Shown here one piece after another: positions 9,528 through 19,717 of a stretch of 64,000 nt of DNA. The DNA lies in NCBI GenBank assembly GCA_035543335.1, contig DASZZH010000026.1, positions 15,508 to 79,507 on the forward strand, in the 5' to 3' direction. How positions within the stretch are numbered: the stretch's first letter is position 1; each line of letters opens with the position of its first letter. Position numbers and translations under genes: made by a program. Origin of the DNA: Burkholderiales bacterium. GTDB taxonomy: Bacteria; Pseudomonadota; Gammaproteobacteria; Burkholderiales; JAHFRG01. Below the pieces are notes generated by a model, which worked only from the letters and a program-made list of their open reading frames with translations, made no database searches and had not been told where the DNA came from.

Positions 9528-10073
9528 TTAAAGCTTTATGAAATGCTCGCGGTAATATTTCATTTCCTCGATGGATTCGCAAATGTCCGCCAGCGCTTCG
9601 TGCTTGCCGTGCTTGGTCAAGCCTACTGCAAGCTCCGGCTTCCAGCGCTTCATCAGCTCCTTGAGTGTGCTGACGTCGAGGTTGCGATAGTGAAAATACG
9701 CTTCCAGTTGCGGCATGTACCGCGCCAGAAAGCGCCGGTCCTGACATATCGAATTGCCGCACATGGGCGAACCCTTGGCAGGCACATACTGGCTCAAAAA
9801 CGCAATCATCTGCGCTTCGACATCGGCTTCCGAAAGATTCGACGCCTTGACCTTGTCAATCAGACCGGATTTGGCATGGGTGGATTTGTTCCAGTCGTCC
9901 ATCGAGTCCAGCACTGCATCCGGCTGGCGCACCACCAGCACCGGCGCCTCCGCCACGGTGTTGAGATTGGAATCGGTGACCACCAGCGCGACCTCGAGGA
10001 CTCTGTCGATGTCCGGATTGAGCCCGCTCATTTCCAGGTCAATCCAGATGAGGTGATTGTCGTCTTGTGGCAT
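9528..10073 (-). CDS. orn: oligoribonuclease
   Basis: 181 aa with a DEDDh exonuclease pattern ([18 protein letters not shown]). Confidence 0.95.
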   Translation of the reverse strand: MPQDDNHLIWIDLEMSGLNPDIDRVLEVALVVTDSNLNTVAEAPVLVVRQPDAVLDSMDDWNKSTHAKSGLIDKVKASNLSEADVEAQMIAFLSQYVPAKGSPMCGNSICQDRRFLARYMPQLEAYFHYRNLDVSTLKELMKRWKPELAVGLTKHGKHEALADICESIEEMKYYREHFIKL

Positions 10074-10219
10074 AATATGTTTCGCAACTCGAGAGTGCTT
10101 ATTGTGTCATATCCTGAGAGCTTCTAACACTAACGAGTTTGCGTTGCCGGCCATAAAGATGCGTCACACGTTTCATCAAGTTAGAGGCTCTTGACTTCCA
10201 TCACCTGAGCCGAAAAGGC

Positions 10220-11470
10220 ATGCACACTTTTACCGTCGTGTTCCTGGCTGCACTGCTTGCCACCACCGCCACCCGGCTGTGGCTGGCGTCGCGGCATATT
10301 CGTCATATCCAGGCCAACCGCGAGCGCGTGCCGGCGGAATTCGCCGCGCAAATCAACCTGCCGGCGCACCAGAAAGCGGCGGATTACAGCAGCGCCAAAG
10401 CGCGGCTGCACATGGCACACGCGGTTCTCGACGCGGTGTTGCTGCTGGTCCTCACCCTGGGCGGCGGACTGCAGGTATTGAGCGGGCTTTGGGCCAGCCT
10501 GTTCGGCGACGGACTCGTTTTCGGTATGGCGCTCATCGTGAGCGTCGCCATCATCGTCGGCGTGGTGGAAACTCCACTCAACATTTATCGCACTTTTGTA
10601 ATCGAGGCGCGCTTCGGCTTCAACCAGATGACGCCCGCACTGTTTGTAATGGATTTGCTAAAACAAGCGCTGCTCGCCGCCGCGTTCGGCATTCCGCTCT
10701 TGTTCTGCGTGCTGTGGCTGATGGCGAAAATGGGCGAGTACTGGTGGCTCTACGTATGGCTCACCTGGGTCGCCTTCAACATTCTGGTGCTGGCAATTTA
10801 TCCCAACTACATTGCCCCGCTCTTCAACAAATTCTCGCCGATGGAAGACCCGGAATTGAAAAGACGGGTCGAGCGCCTGCTGGAAAAGTGCGGCTTCAAG
10901 TCGCAGGGCCTGTTCGTGATGGACGGCTCCAAGCGCAGCAACCACGGCAACGCCTACTTCACCGGTTTCGGCACAGCCAAGCGCATCGTGTTTTTCGACA
11001 CCCTGCTCGCGCGCCTCGAGCCCCCGGAAATCGAAGCGGTGTTGGCGCACGAGCTCGGCCATTACAGGCGCCATCATGTCATCAAGCGCATGTTATGGAC
11101 GTTCGCGGTAAGCCTCGCCTTCCTGTGGCTCCTGGGCGTGCTGATGGACAAAACATGGTTTTACGCGGGGCTCAACGTTGCCACGCCTTCCACTGCCATG
11201 GCGCTCCTGCTGTTTTTTATGATTACGCCGATTTTCACCTTCCTGCTGCAGCCGCTGCTAGCCCGGTATTCGCGCCTGCACGAATTCGAGGCCGACCAAT
11301 ATGCAGTGCGGTATTCTTCCGCTCCCGTTCTGGTGCGGGCGCTGGTGAAGCTCTACAAGGACAACGCCTCCACGCTCACGCCTGATCCGCTGCATTCGGC
11401 ATTTTACGATTCGCACCCGCCTGCCGCGACCCGTATTGCAAGACTGCAGGCGGCTAGCAGCTCCGGCTAA
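10220..11470 (+). CDS. M48 family (Ste24-like) membrane metallopeptidase
   Basis: 416 aa and multi-TM, with an HELGH zinc motif (AHELGHYRRHH). Confidence 0.85.
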   Translation: MHTFTVVFLAALLATTATRLWLASRHIRHIQANRERVPAEFAAQINLPAHQKAADYSSAKARLHMAHAVLDAVLLLVLTLGGGLQVLSGLWASLFGDGLVFGMALIVSVAIIVGVVETPLNIYRTFVIEARFGFNQMTPALFVMDLLKQALLAAAFGIPLLFCVLWLMAKMGEYWWLYVWLTWVAFNILVLAIYPNYIAPLFNKFSPMEDPELKRRVERLLEKCGFKSQGLFVMDGSKRSNHGNAYFTGFGTAKRIVFFDTLLARLEPPEIEAVLAHELGHYRRHHVIKRMLWTFAVSLAFLWLLGVLMDKTWFYAGLNVATPSTAMALLLFFMITPIFTFLLQPLLARYSRLHEFEADQYAVRYSSAPVLVRALVKLYKDNASTLTPDPLHSAFYDSHPPAATRIARLQAASSSG

Positions 11471-11482
11471 GCGAATCTCGTC

Positions 11483-11785
11483 ATGAAACACGGGCTCATC
11501 CTGCTGGCACTGCTTGCGGTTTTTCCGGCCGCCGCCGACCTTTTCCCGAATGCCGATCCGAAAATCGGCAAAAGTCTCCATGAAAAATCCTGCAGCGCCT
11601 GCCATGCCGCGATGTTCGGCGGCGACGCCAAGCTTTACAACCGTTCCAACCGCATCGTCAAAACGCCGCAGCAGTTGCTCGCGCGCGTAAGTGTCTGCAA
11701 CGCCAACACCAACGCCGGGCTGTTTCCGGAAGAGGAAGAGCACATCGCGGCGTATCTTAATCAGCAATATTACAAGTTCAAGTAG
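11483..11785 (+). CDS. small secreted protein with one CxxCH haem-binding motif (putative monohaem cytochrome c)
   Basis: 100 aa, with a signal peptide (MKHGLILLALLAVFPAAA) and CSACH. Confidence 0.5.
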   Translation: MKHGLILLALLAVFPAAADLFPNADPKIGKSLHEKSCSACHAAMFGGDAKLYNRSNRIVKTPQQLLARVSVCNANTNAGLFPEEEEHIAAYLNQQYYKFK

Positions 11786-11839
11786 CTCCCCCGTTTCCCG
11801 TCTGAAGGAAGACCACCAATCGGTAGCGGCAAAAGTTCC

Positions 11840-12766
11840 TTAGCCGCCGACCCAGCTGGCAAAATTGAGCATCAAGAGCACTAGCAGCCATAGCAGCAGC
11901 GCGCGCCACACCAGGCTGATGGTGCTCTCCAAGTGCTCCACGTCGGCTTCATCGCCGACGCCCAGTTCCGGACGATGGTACAGATCGCCATACTGGTGCA
12001 GCGCCTCGCCAAGCCGCACGCCGATGGCGCCGGCGCCGCTGGCAAGGAGGATGCCGAGTTGCGGCTTGAGCCAGGTGAATGCCTGCGCGCGCCAGCAGTA
12101 CACCGCGTCTTCAAAATCGCCGACGATGGCAAAGCTCACCGCGGTGAGCCGCAGCGGCAGCCAGTCAATGAACTCAAAAGCGCGCTCGGCAAAGCGGCCG
12201 AACGTGGCGAACTCCCGGTCTTCACGACTCTCCCATTTCTGGCTGAGGCTGGCGGCGAAGCGGTACAAGACCGCTCCCAAGGGGCCTGGCAACAGCGCAA
12301 ACCAGAAAATCACGCCGAACACGTAACGATGCGAGCAGACGAGCCCCTCCTCGATCACCACCCGTACGATTTCGTTGATGGGAAACTCGGCGGCGCTGCT
12401 GCCGCGCCATTGGCCGAGCAGCTCGCGCGCCTTTTCCAAATCGCCGGCGCGCAGCGCCTGGTGAATCAGGGTAAAGGTATGGCTGAACTGGCGGAAGCCC
12501 ATGGTGAGATACAGCACCCCGATATTCCACAGCCAACCCAGAACGGGATGAATCCGTTGCAGAAAATAATAGACCACGCCAGCCGCCAATAGGGGTGGCA
12601 GCAGCGCCAGCAGCCAGGCAATCATGCCATGTTGGCTGGCGCCGGCATTGAAATGACGCTCCAGAAAATTGGCGTAGCGGGCAAACCAAGCGTAAAAGCG
12701 GTTGCGCGGACCCAGCGGACGGAATTGCTCGATTAAAAGCGCGGCAATCAGAGCAATCAGACTCAT
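11840..12766 (-). CDS. CobD/CbiB-family (AmpE-like) membrane protein
   Basis: 308 aa and polytopic. The N-terminus MSLIALIAALLIEQFRPL is typical of this family. Confidence 0.6.
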   Translation of the reverse strand: MSLIALIAALLIEQFRPLGPRNRFYAWFARYANFLERHFNAGASQHGMIAWLLALLPPLLAAGVVYYFLQRIHPVLGWLWNIGVLYLTMGFRQFSHTFTLIHQALRAGDLEKARELLGQWRGSSAAEFPINEIVRVVIEEGLVCSHRYVFGVIFWFALLPGPLGAVLYRFAASLSQKWESREDREFATFGRFAERAFEFIDWLPLRLTAVSFAIVGDFEDAVYCWRAQAFTWLKPQLGILLASGAGAIGVRLGEALHQYGDLYHRPELGVGDEADVEHLESTISLVWRALLLWLLVLLMLNFASWVGG

Positions 12767-12767
12767 T

Positions 12768-13274
12768 TCAGCCGTGCGGGTAACGGATGGCGGTGATTTC
12801 CAGCTCTAGGTCGCCCACAGGGCGCTTCCACACCACGTTATCTCCGACCCGTAAGCCTATCATCGCGTGGGCCAGCGGTGACACCCAGCTTATCCGGCCC
12901 TTGGCGGCGTCCGCCTCGTCCTCGCCGAGGATGGCAAACTCGTGCTTTTTCCCGTGCTGGTCCAGCAAGCTCACCACGGCGCCGAAATGCACCTCGTCCG
13001 CGGGCTGCGCCGCCGGGTCCACCACGATGGCGCGCTCGAGCCGCGCCTGGAAATAGCGCAAATCGCGCTCGACTTGCATAAGCTGCTGCGCCGCCAGCGA
13101 GTCCTCGCTATCCGCGGCGAGCATCGCGCGCTGTTGCAGCAATTCCTGGCAGCGCGCCTGCAACAAGGCGCGGCCTTTGGGCGTCACGTAATTCGGATGC
13201 GGGCTTTGCGGCCGTTCCGGCAACTCGTCGATTGCCGGTTTGTCATCCTGTTCCTTGACGAATGCTCGGCTCAT
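12768..13274 (-). CDS. GreA/GreB-family transcription elongation factor homolog
   Basis: The start was set at MSRAFVKEQDD (ATG 13274). It has a coiled-coil N-terminal half and a Gre-type C-terminal domain (ISWVSPLAHAMIGLRVGD). Confidence 0.7.
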   Translation of the reverse strand: MSRAFVKEQDDKPAIDELPERPQSPHPNYVTPKGRALLQARCQELLQQRAMLAADSEDSLAAQQLMQVERDLRYFQARLERAIVVDPAAQPADEVHFGAVVSLLDQHGKKHEFAILGEDEADAAKGRISWVSPLAHAMIGLRVGDNVVWKRPVGDLELEITAIRYPHG

Positions 13275-13396
13275 GGCAAGACTTCGCGTAAATGTTGAAA
13301 ATTGGGAAAAATTAGGCGCAGGCGGCCGCGCCGGTGTTCGCGGCGGCATCGGTTGAGGCGCCTAGTGGCGGTTTGTTCATCTGCGTTTGCGCTGTC

Positions 13397-13424
13397 TTGA
13401 CGCGCTACCTGTTTCCACTATAGT
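13397..13424 (+). promoter_or_regulatory. candidate sigma70 promoter
   Basis: TTGACG, a 16-nt spacer and TATAGT lie upstream of ORF 13480. Confidence 0.4.
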
Positions 13425-13479
13425 TTAGAACAATAAAACCTGTACCTGAATATACCGCAAACCAACCCGCGAAGCCATA

Positions 13480-13857
13480 ATGGGCGAAAAACCGCAAACC
13501 GTTTCGCAACAGTTCCACTCCAATCTGGTAGCCATCATCAGCCTGGTAGTGGCGCTCAGCGGCTTCCTCTACCACACCTGGCGCGGACAAGTGATTGAAG
13601 AAAATCGCAGCGTTCGCATCGCTTCATTCGAGTTGCTAAAAAACCTGGGCGAGCTGCAGCTGATGGTGGATTACGCGCATTACCAGAAAAACAAGCAGCT
13701 CGGCAACACTATCACGGGCTGGGGCAGAGTGCTGCTCATCAAGGATCTGGCCCGGGTGATTCCCGATCCCGCGACCAAGACCACTGAAGAGCTCTACCGG
13801 GTTTGGGGAGCGAAATTTGAAAAAATAGAGAGCGACGAGAAAAGCGTGAGCGGGTGA
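13480..13857 (+). CDS. hypothetical membrane-anchored protein (125 aa)
   Basis: It has one TM helix, coding-like composition and a promoter upstream. I do not recognise the family. Confidence 0.45.
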   Translation: MGEKPQTVSQQFHSNLVAIISLVVALSGFLYHTWRGQVIEENRSVRIASFELLKNLGELQLMVDYAHYQKNKQLGNTITGWGRVLLIKDLARVIPDPATKTTEELYRVWGAKFEKIESDEKSVSG

Positions 13858-13919
13858 CCCAAGCCATCACCGCCACCCGCCAGTCGGTGCTGCAGGTCTT
13901 AAGCCAGTTAAATAACTTC

Positions 13920-15083
13920 TCAGACATTGACCGCCGTCGCAGCCTCCCTCAGAAACTCCAGGATTTCCTGCTTGCGGCCCATTGCGTCCTTGTAGCCCAG
14001 ATCAATCAGCTCGCGGCAAAACGGCTTTTCGAACAGCAGATAACTCAACAGGTTCGCGCCACTGCGGCGGGTCGCGCCGACTCCATGCAGCAGGAAGCGG
14101 ATGCTGCGCGGCAACGCACGCACATGCTTCTGCGCGATGCTTTCGATCGATTCGCTCGGCGAAATCACCAGCACGTCTACGTGACGCAAAGAAAGTCCGC
14201 TTTTCTCGAGCGCATGGGAGGGAACCAGCTGGATGGTCTTGTTGATGCGCTGCAGCCGCTCCAAATCCACTTCCAGGCCATCGAGAAAAATGCTGTTCAG
14301 CGCATGGCCAGCAATTTCGGCGAGCGAAGGATAATCCCCGCCCTTGACCCGATTCGGCTGCTCGGCCTGCGTTACTCCCACCACCAGCACTCGTTCGGCG
14401 CCGAGATGCAAGGCGGGGCTGATGGGTGCGACCTGCCGCATCGAGCCGTCGCCGAAGTATTCACGGTTGATTTTCACCGCGGAAAACATGAAGGGAATCG
14501 CCGAGGATGCCAGCAGATGCTCGAGGCCGATTTGCGTGGGAATGCCCAAGCGACGCGCGCGCCGCCACGGCGACATGGTCGGCACCGCCTGGTAAAACGT
14601 CACCGACTCGCCGGATGCATAGCCTGAAGCGGTGATGCTCAAAGCGTACAGTGCGCCGCGGTCAATGCTCTCCTGGATGCCTTTGAATTCGAGTTTGTGT
14701 CTTAGCAGTTCTGCGAGCGGGCTGTTGTCGAGCAGCGAGGTCGGGTTGTGTTTGCCCAAGCCGCCTACCATCAGCGCCGCCAGCCAGCGCGCGCCGGAAT
14801 TCATTACTCCAACCGGGTCAGAACGATAGACTTGGTGCGCGTGAAAATTGCGCCAGACCGCCACCAGGCGTCCGATGCCGGCGCGGAAATTACCGGCATT
14901 GATCGCCAGCGCCGCGGCGTTGATGGCGCCGGCGGAGGAGCCGCAAATGATGGGAAAAGGATTGGCTGCGTTTTTTGGCAGCAGGTTGGAAATCGCCCTC
15001 AGCACGCCCACCTGGTAAGCGGCGCGGGCGCCGCCTCCGGTCAGAATTAGGCCCACTTTGGGCTTTGCAATCTGGGCGTCCAC
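13920..15083 (-). CDS. patatin-like phospholipase family protein
   Basis: GGGARAAYQVG oxyanion loop, GSSAG nucleophile elbow and a DGS/DGG motif are present. Confidence 0.85.
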   Translation of the reverse strand: MDAQIAKPKVGLILTGGGARAAYQVGVLRAISNLLPKNAANPFPIICGSSAGAINAAALAINAGNFRAGIGRLVAVWRNFHAHQVYRSDPVGVMNSGARWLAALMVGGLGKHNPTSLLDNSPLAELLRHKLEFKGIQESIDRGALYALSITASGYASGESVTFYQAVPTMSPWRRARRLGIPTQIGLEHLLASSAIPFMFSAVKINREYFGDGSMRQVAPISPALHLGAERVLVVGVTQAEQPNRVKGGDYPSLAEIAGHALNSIFLDGLEVDLERLQRINKTIQLVPSHALEKSGLSLRHVDVLVISPSESIESIAQKHVRALPRSIRFLLHGVGATRRSGANLLSYLLFEKPFCRELIDLGYKDAMGRKQEILEFLREAATAVNV

Positions 15084-15102
15084 CTTATCTCCCGTTACCC
15101 GT

Positions 15103-15366
15103 CTACTTCTTGACTGCGGCCGGCCCCGCTCGCGCTTTTACTAATTCCAGCGCGTCGCGCAGCGTATCCTCGCGAAGCGCGTTCAATCCTTCCGCCAACT
15201 GCTCTGCCGCCTCGTAGGTTTCCTCCGGCAGGCTCTTGCTGTCCATGTTGGCCACGAACACCGCGGCGGCGCCGGTCACCCGAAGCAGATTCTGCCGCTC
15301 ACCCATCAGCATCTCGATTTCCTGGCGCAGCATCGAGATTTCCTGGTCTTTGCGTTTAATAGGCAT
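15103..15366 (-). CDS. small hypothetical protein (87 aa)
   Basis: The start was set at MPIKRKDQEIS. The ORF sits between the NudL-like and patatin genes on the same strand. The longer ORF start at 15525 is unlikely. Confidence 0.4.
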   Translation of the reverse strand: MPIKRKDQEISMLRQEIEMLMGERQNLLRVTGAAAVFVANMDSKSLPEETYEAAEQLAEGLNALREDTLRDALELVKARAGPAAVKK

Positions 15367-15576
15367 TGTTGTCCCGCTGCTTAAGTTTCGGCTTCTATAT
15401 TGCCACAGCTTGCGAGCGCATCGCCAGTTGTTGAAAGATTTCTCGAATACCCCACCGCGCAACAATTGGTGAAAATGAAAAAGCTGCGCGTTGAAGGCGA
15501 AGTGCTGCACCAGGCCGACACGCACCAGGGATCGATGGCCACACTGACCAAGGCGTTAAAGATTCTGAGCAGCCAC

Positions 15577-16167
15577 TCAATCACGCAGCGCCTGGCAAAG
15601 ATTCAACAGTATTCCGGCGGTGGCGCCCCAGATGTAGTGCCCTGCATAGGGCATGGAGTAGTATTGCCTGGGTTCGCCTTTGTAAATCGTGCTGTGAATT
15701 TGATGATTGGCGGGATCAAGAAAAAATTCGAGTGGCACTTCGAAAACGTCCGCCACTTCAAAACTGTCAAGCCGCACCGGAAATGGCGCTTCAATCCAGC
15801 CCACCACCGGCGTGATGCGGAAACCGGTGACCACAAAGTAATCCGGCAATACGCCCAAAACATCCACTTTGTCCCGCGGCAGGCCAATTTCCTCCTCCGC
15901 CTCGCGAAGCGCCGTCTCTTTTCTGCTCACATCGGCGGATTCTACGCGGCCGCCGGGAAAACTGATTTGCCCGGCATGGTCGGCAAGATGCGTCGTGCGC
16001 CGGGTAAACAGCACGTTGAGTCCCACATCGCGCCTGATCAGCGGCACCAGCACCGCGGCCGCAATCGCCTGTTCGGGTTCGATAACAGCCTGCTCCGGCC
16101 TTCCCTGCTCTTGAGGCAGATCAAGCGCCTTGGCCAGCCGCGAGACCAGCCAATCACGATCAAGCAT
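15577..16167 (-). CDS. CoA pyrophosphatase (Nudix hydrolase, NudL-type)
   Basis: It carries a Nudix box (GGRVE...REAEEEIGL) preceded by LFTRRTTHLADHAGQISFPGG. The start was set at MLDRDW (ATG 16167). Confidence 0.8.
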   Translation of the reverse strand: MLDRDWLVSRLAKALDLPQEQGRPEQAVIEPEQAIAAAVLVPLIRRDVGLNVLFTRRTTHLADHAGQISFPGGRVESADVSRKETALREAEEEIGLPRDKVDVLGVLPDYFVVTGFRITPVVGWIEAPFPVRLDSFEVADVFEVPLEFFLDPANHQIHSTIYKGEPRQYYSMPYAGHYIWGATAGILLNLCQALRD

Positions 16168-16190
16168 CGGCTTGCTGGTGGATGAGGTCG

Positions 16191-16898
16191 TCACCAGGGA
16201 ATGGTTTTTCTGTCGCGATAAAAACCGCCGGACGCGCTGCCGTGGGGAAGCGTGGCGAGCCAGACCGCCGTGTCCGCCCCTTGTTCCGCCTCGCGTGGCG
16301 CTTTCGACCCGCCCATTTCGGTTCTGACCCAGCCCGGGCACATCGAGTTGACGAGAATATTGGTGCCTTTAAGCTCGGCGGCCAGCATGCGGGTGACCGC
16401 ATTCAAAGCGACTTTCGACAAGCGGTAAGCCGGCGTGCCGGCGCCCATCTCGCTCAATTGCCCGAGCCCGCTCGAGAGATTGACGATGCGTCCATAATTC
16501 TTCCGCCTCATCAGTGGAATCAGTGCTTGGCAGAGCAACAGCGGCCCGTAGACATTGATTTCCAGGGTTTGCCGGACGACTTTCAATTCCGCGTCCAAGA
16601 GGTTTGAGCCTTTGGGGTCAATCATGATGCCGGCGTTGTTCACTAGGATATCGGCGGCGCCGTATTTGCGCTCGAGATAATGAGTCAGGCGCCGAATGCC
16701 CGGGCCATCGGTCACCTCAAGCTGATGGAACTCGGCTTCCAGCCCCTCGCTGCGCAGTTGCGCAACCGCCATCCGGCCCTTTACTTCATCGCGGCTAGTA
16801 AGCACCACCGTGATTTCTTTCCGCGCCAGCTGGCGGCAAATTTCGAAGCCGATGCCGCGGTTGGCGCCGGTCACCACCGCAATCTTCCTGTCCATCAT
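16191..16898 (-). CDS. SDR family oxidoreductase
   Basis: TGANRGIG cofactor loop, NNAG and Y..SK catalytic motifs are present. Confidence 0.85.
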   Translation of the reverse strand: MMDRKIAVVTGANRGIGFEICRQLARKEITVVLTSRDEVKGRMAVAQLRSEGLEAEFHQLEVTDGPGIRRLTHYLERKYGAADILVNNAGIMIDPKGSNLLDAELKVVRQTLEINVYGPLLLCQALIPLMRRKNYGRIVNLSSGLGQLSEMGAGTPAYRLSKVALNAVTRMLAAELKGTNILVNSMCPGWVRTEMGGSKAPREAEQGADTAVWLATLPHGSASGGFYRDRKTIPW

Positions 16899-17070
16899 TC
16901 TCCTCCGCGCCCCGCGCCGGGAATGCGTTCAAGGCCGCATAGAACCATCACTTCTAATCATAGCGCAAAGCGTTACTTTGATAGCAGCGTGCCGCCTGCT
17001 ATATTTCCTCTTATAGAAAGGCTGCAAAGCCTTCGGAACCTTAGATTAAGTTTTCCAGGAGGAGCTCATC

Positions 17071-17712
17071 ATTGCACTCAGACTAGGCGATATCGCCCCG
17101 GATTTCACGCAGGAATCCACCGAGGGCACGGTACATTTTCACCAATGAATTGAAGGCAAATGGGCGGTGCTGTTCTCCCACCCCAGGGATTTTACTCCGG
17201 TATGCACCACCGAGCTCGGCGCCACGGCCAAAATCAAGGCCGAGTTTGAAAAACGCAACGCGAAAGTGATTGCAGTGAGTGTCGATCCGGTGGATTCGCA
17301 CCTCAAATGGATCAACGACATCAACGAAACCCAGCACACCAGGGTCAACTTCCCGATTCTCGGCGACGCCGACCGCAAGGTGTCGGACCTTTACGACATG
17401 ATTCATCCGAATGCCAACGACACGCTTACGGTGCGCTCGGTGTTCATCATCGATCCAAACAAGAAGATCCGCGCCACCATCACCTACCCGGCGAGCACCG
17501 GCCGCAATTTCGACGAAATCCTGCGGGTGATCGACTCGCTGCAGCTGACCGACAACTACAGCATGGCCACGCCGGTCAACTGGAAGAACGGCGAGGATTG
17601 CGTGATTGTGCCTTCGCTCACCGACCCGGCGGTGCTCAAGGCGAAATTTCCCAGAGGCTGGAAGGAGCTTCGCCCCTATCTGAGAATGACGCCGCAACCC
17701 AACAAGAAGTGA
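17071..17712 (+). pseudogene. 1-Cys peroxiredoxin (Prx6-type) with an in-frame TGA and no canonical start
   Basis: In-frame reading gives (I)ALRLGDIAPDFTQESTEGTVHFHQ*IEGKWAVLFSHPRDFTPVCTTELG. The TGA is at 17146-17148. AGGAGG lies 8 nt upstream of ATT at 17071. The listed ORF starts only at GTG 17167. Confidence 0.75.
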
Positions 17713-17743
17713 TCGTGGCGTATCATCGTCGTCAGGAAGCGCA

Positions 17744-18640
17744 GTGCGCTTCCTGACTTTCTTCCGTGACGGCGAGGCGCGGGTCGGCGTATTGCGCGGC
17801 GAGCGCGTGTTGGATATCACCACTCAGGCCAAGTGGTTGGGCGAACAACTGCCTGTGGACGCTTGCGACCTGGTTTCGCTGATTGCATCGGGCCAAGCCG
17901 GCCTTAACGCAGTGCGCAAATTGCTGCAAACGCCGGCAGAAGATTTGCCGCTGGCCGAACTCAAGTTGCTCGCGCCGATTCCGCGCCCGCGCAAGAACGT
18001 GTTTTGCGTGGGCTGGAATTATCTCGAGCATTACGCCGAAGGCGAAGCCATCCGCCAGAGCGGGCAGGAATTACCGGCGCACCCGGTGTTTTTCAGCAAA
18101 ACCCCGACTGCAGTGACTGGCCCTTACGAGACGATTCCATACGATGCACAAGTGTCGGCGGAAATCGATTGGGAGGTAGAGCTGGGCGTCATCGTCGGCA
18201 AAAATGGAAAAAACATTCCTGAAAGCCAGGCGTATGAATACATCTTCGGCTACACGGTGGTGAATGATATTTCGGCGCGCGACTTGCAGCGGCGCCACGG
18301 CGGACAATGGCTCAAGGGCAAAAGCCTGGACGGCGCCTGCCCGATGGGGCCGTGGATTGTGACTGCGGATGAAATCAACCCCGACAATCTGCGCGTCCTC
18401 ACCCGCGTCAACGGCATAACCAAGCAGGACTCGAATACCCGCTATTTGTATTTCAAAATCCCGCGGCTAATTTCAGAGCTTTCACTCGGCATGACGCTGG
18501 AAGCCGGCGACATTATTTCCACCGGCACGCCGCCCGGAGTGGGGTTTGCCCGCAAGCCGCCCGAGTTTTTAAAACCAGGCGACCTGCTGGAAACCGAAAT
18601 TGAGGGAATCGGGCGCTTACAAAACCGGATAGGCGGCTGA
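17744..18640 (+). CDS. fumarylacetoacetate hydrolase family protein
   Basis: 298 aa with FAH blocks (VGWNYLEH, DWEVELGVIVG, ISTGTPPGVG). It has a GTG start. Confidence 0.85.
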   Translation: MRFLTFFRDGEARVGVLRGERVLDITTQAKWLGEQLPVDACDLVSLIASGQAGLNAVRKLLQTPAEDLPLAELKLLAPIPRPRKNVFCVGWNYLEHYAEGEAIRQSGQELPAHPVFFSKTPTAVTGPYETIPYDAQVSAEIDWEVELGVIVGKNGKNIPESQAYEYIFGYTVVNDISARDLQRRHGGQWLKGKSLDGACPMGPWIVTADEINPDNLRVLTRVNGITKQDSNTRYLYFKIPRLISELSLGMTLEAGDIISTGTPPGVGFARKPPEFLKPGDLLETEIEGIGRLQNRIGG

Positions 18641-19069
18641 ACTCGCCTGCTTTCCTGAGCTTACACCCAAGAGCTTCGCGGTTTTCGCCACATCCTTTGG
18701 CTTCACCCAGAAAATCGCGCCATAGCGCCCTTCGCCCACGGTAACCGCGTCCAGCGCCGTGACGTTGATTTTGGCTGCCGCCAGCCGGTCGAGCATATCC
18801 AAAAGCGCGCCCACCCGGTCGCTGCCTTGAGTCAGGAAACCGGTTTTCTTGCTGCTTAATTTAAGCTTGGCCTTTTTCGCCGCGGCTTTGAGCGCCGCGG
18901 AATCCTCGGGAATGAAATCGATTTGCGCCCGGCCGGCGCGCGGAAAACCCGAAAAAGCCAGCAGGTTGACGTTGGCATCGCGCAGCGCCTTGAGCGCCCG
19001 CACTCCTTCGCCCGACTTGTTGGGCACGCTGGCGGTAAAGTACTCGACTTTGCGAGTGGTATCAGACAT
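18617..19069 (-). CDS. uncharacterised protein with two ACT-like repeats
   Basis: The start was set at MSDTTRKVEYF. It contains two similar ~65-aa halves. It overlaps the 3' end of the FAH gene convergently by 24 nt. Confidence 0.45.
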   Translation of the reverse strand: MSDTTRKVEYFTASVPNKSGEGVRALKALRDANVNLLAFSGFPRAGRAQIDFIPEDSAALKAAAKKAKLKLSSKKTGFLTQGSDRVGALLDMLDRLAAAKINVTALDAVTVGEGRYGAIFWVKPKDVAKTAKLLGVSSGKQASSAAYPVL

Positions 19070-19176
19070 TTGACCTCCTTCCATCTTGCGGCACAATTGC
19101 CACTACTAGTAATTTATTCTTAAGCAAGGTTTGATGCAAATAACAATCCTGGGAATGCATTTTTCGCAAGCGGGCG

Positions 19177-19605
19177 TTATTTATTATAATACTTTGATTT
19201 TTCAGCAATATTTTCCTTAAACTTGGCCGCATCGATGACGAAGCGTTCGTGGGTACCGACAGAAATGGCATCTACACCGTCATGCGCATTCACCGAAAAT
19301 GTGAGTTTCCTGCCCTCGATCTTCTTCAGCCTGATGCTCACCGTGACCGTAAATCCCGGCGGCGTAGGCGCAGTGTGGCTGAAATTCACATGCGCCCCCA
19401 GCGTCTGCTCGCGCGGCCAATCCAGATGGGGACGGAGGGCCTCGATGCAGGCCCATTCCATCAAGCCCACCATGAAGCCGGTGGCGAGCACCGACGGCAT
19501 CTCGCGGAACATCTGCGATTCCGAATAAAGATGCGGTACGGTCTTGGTTTCGGGTATCTTGAATTTGAATTCAAACGTGAGGCCGGGCTGTAAAGTTTCT
19601 TTCAT
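19177..19605 (-). CDS. hotdog-fold thioesterase family protein
   Basis: 142 aa. The pattern VLATGFMVGLMEWACIEAL...GAHVNFSHTAPTPPG is typical of FlK-like thioesterases. Confidence 0.7.
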   Translation of the reverse strand: MKETLQPGLTFEFKFKIPETKTVPHLYSESQMFREMPSVLATGFMVGLMEWACIEALRPHLDWPREQTLGAHVNFSHTAPTPPGFTVTVSIRLKKIEGRKLTFSVNAHDGVDAISVGTHERFVIDAAKFKENIAEKSKYYNK

Positions 19606-19717
19606 GGGGCTCCTTATTTGGATTTAAGCCGGGATGTTGCCGCAAAAAACCGTTTTTTTGCGCTTGGGAAGCCGCCGGGTTTACGGTAAGCTTTTCCTCC
19701 TTTATCCGAGATTGGCG

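Noticed and set aside
13854-16185. Plus-strand ORFs 13854..14627 and 15400..16185.
   Set aside because: They are antisense to the patatin-like and NudL-like genes and have no motifs.
16899-17070. An OxyR-type site upstream of the peroxiredoxin, based on ATAG...CTAT motifs at 16960-17020.
   Set aside because: The ATAG and CTAT elements are present, but their spacing does not fit the ATAG-N7-CTAT tetrad I recall. The evidence is too weak to call.
17083-17823. A 246-aa minus-strand ORF.
   Set aside because: It is antisense to the peroxiredoxin gene, whose homology is unambiguous.
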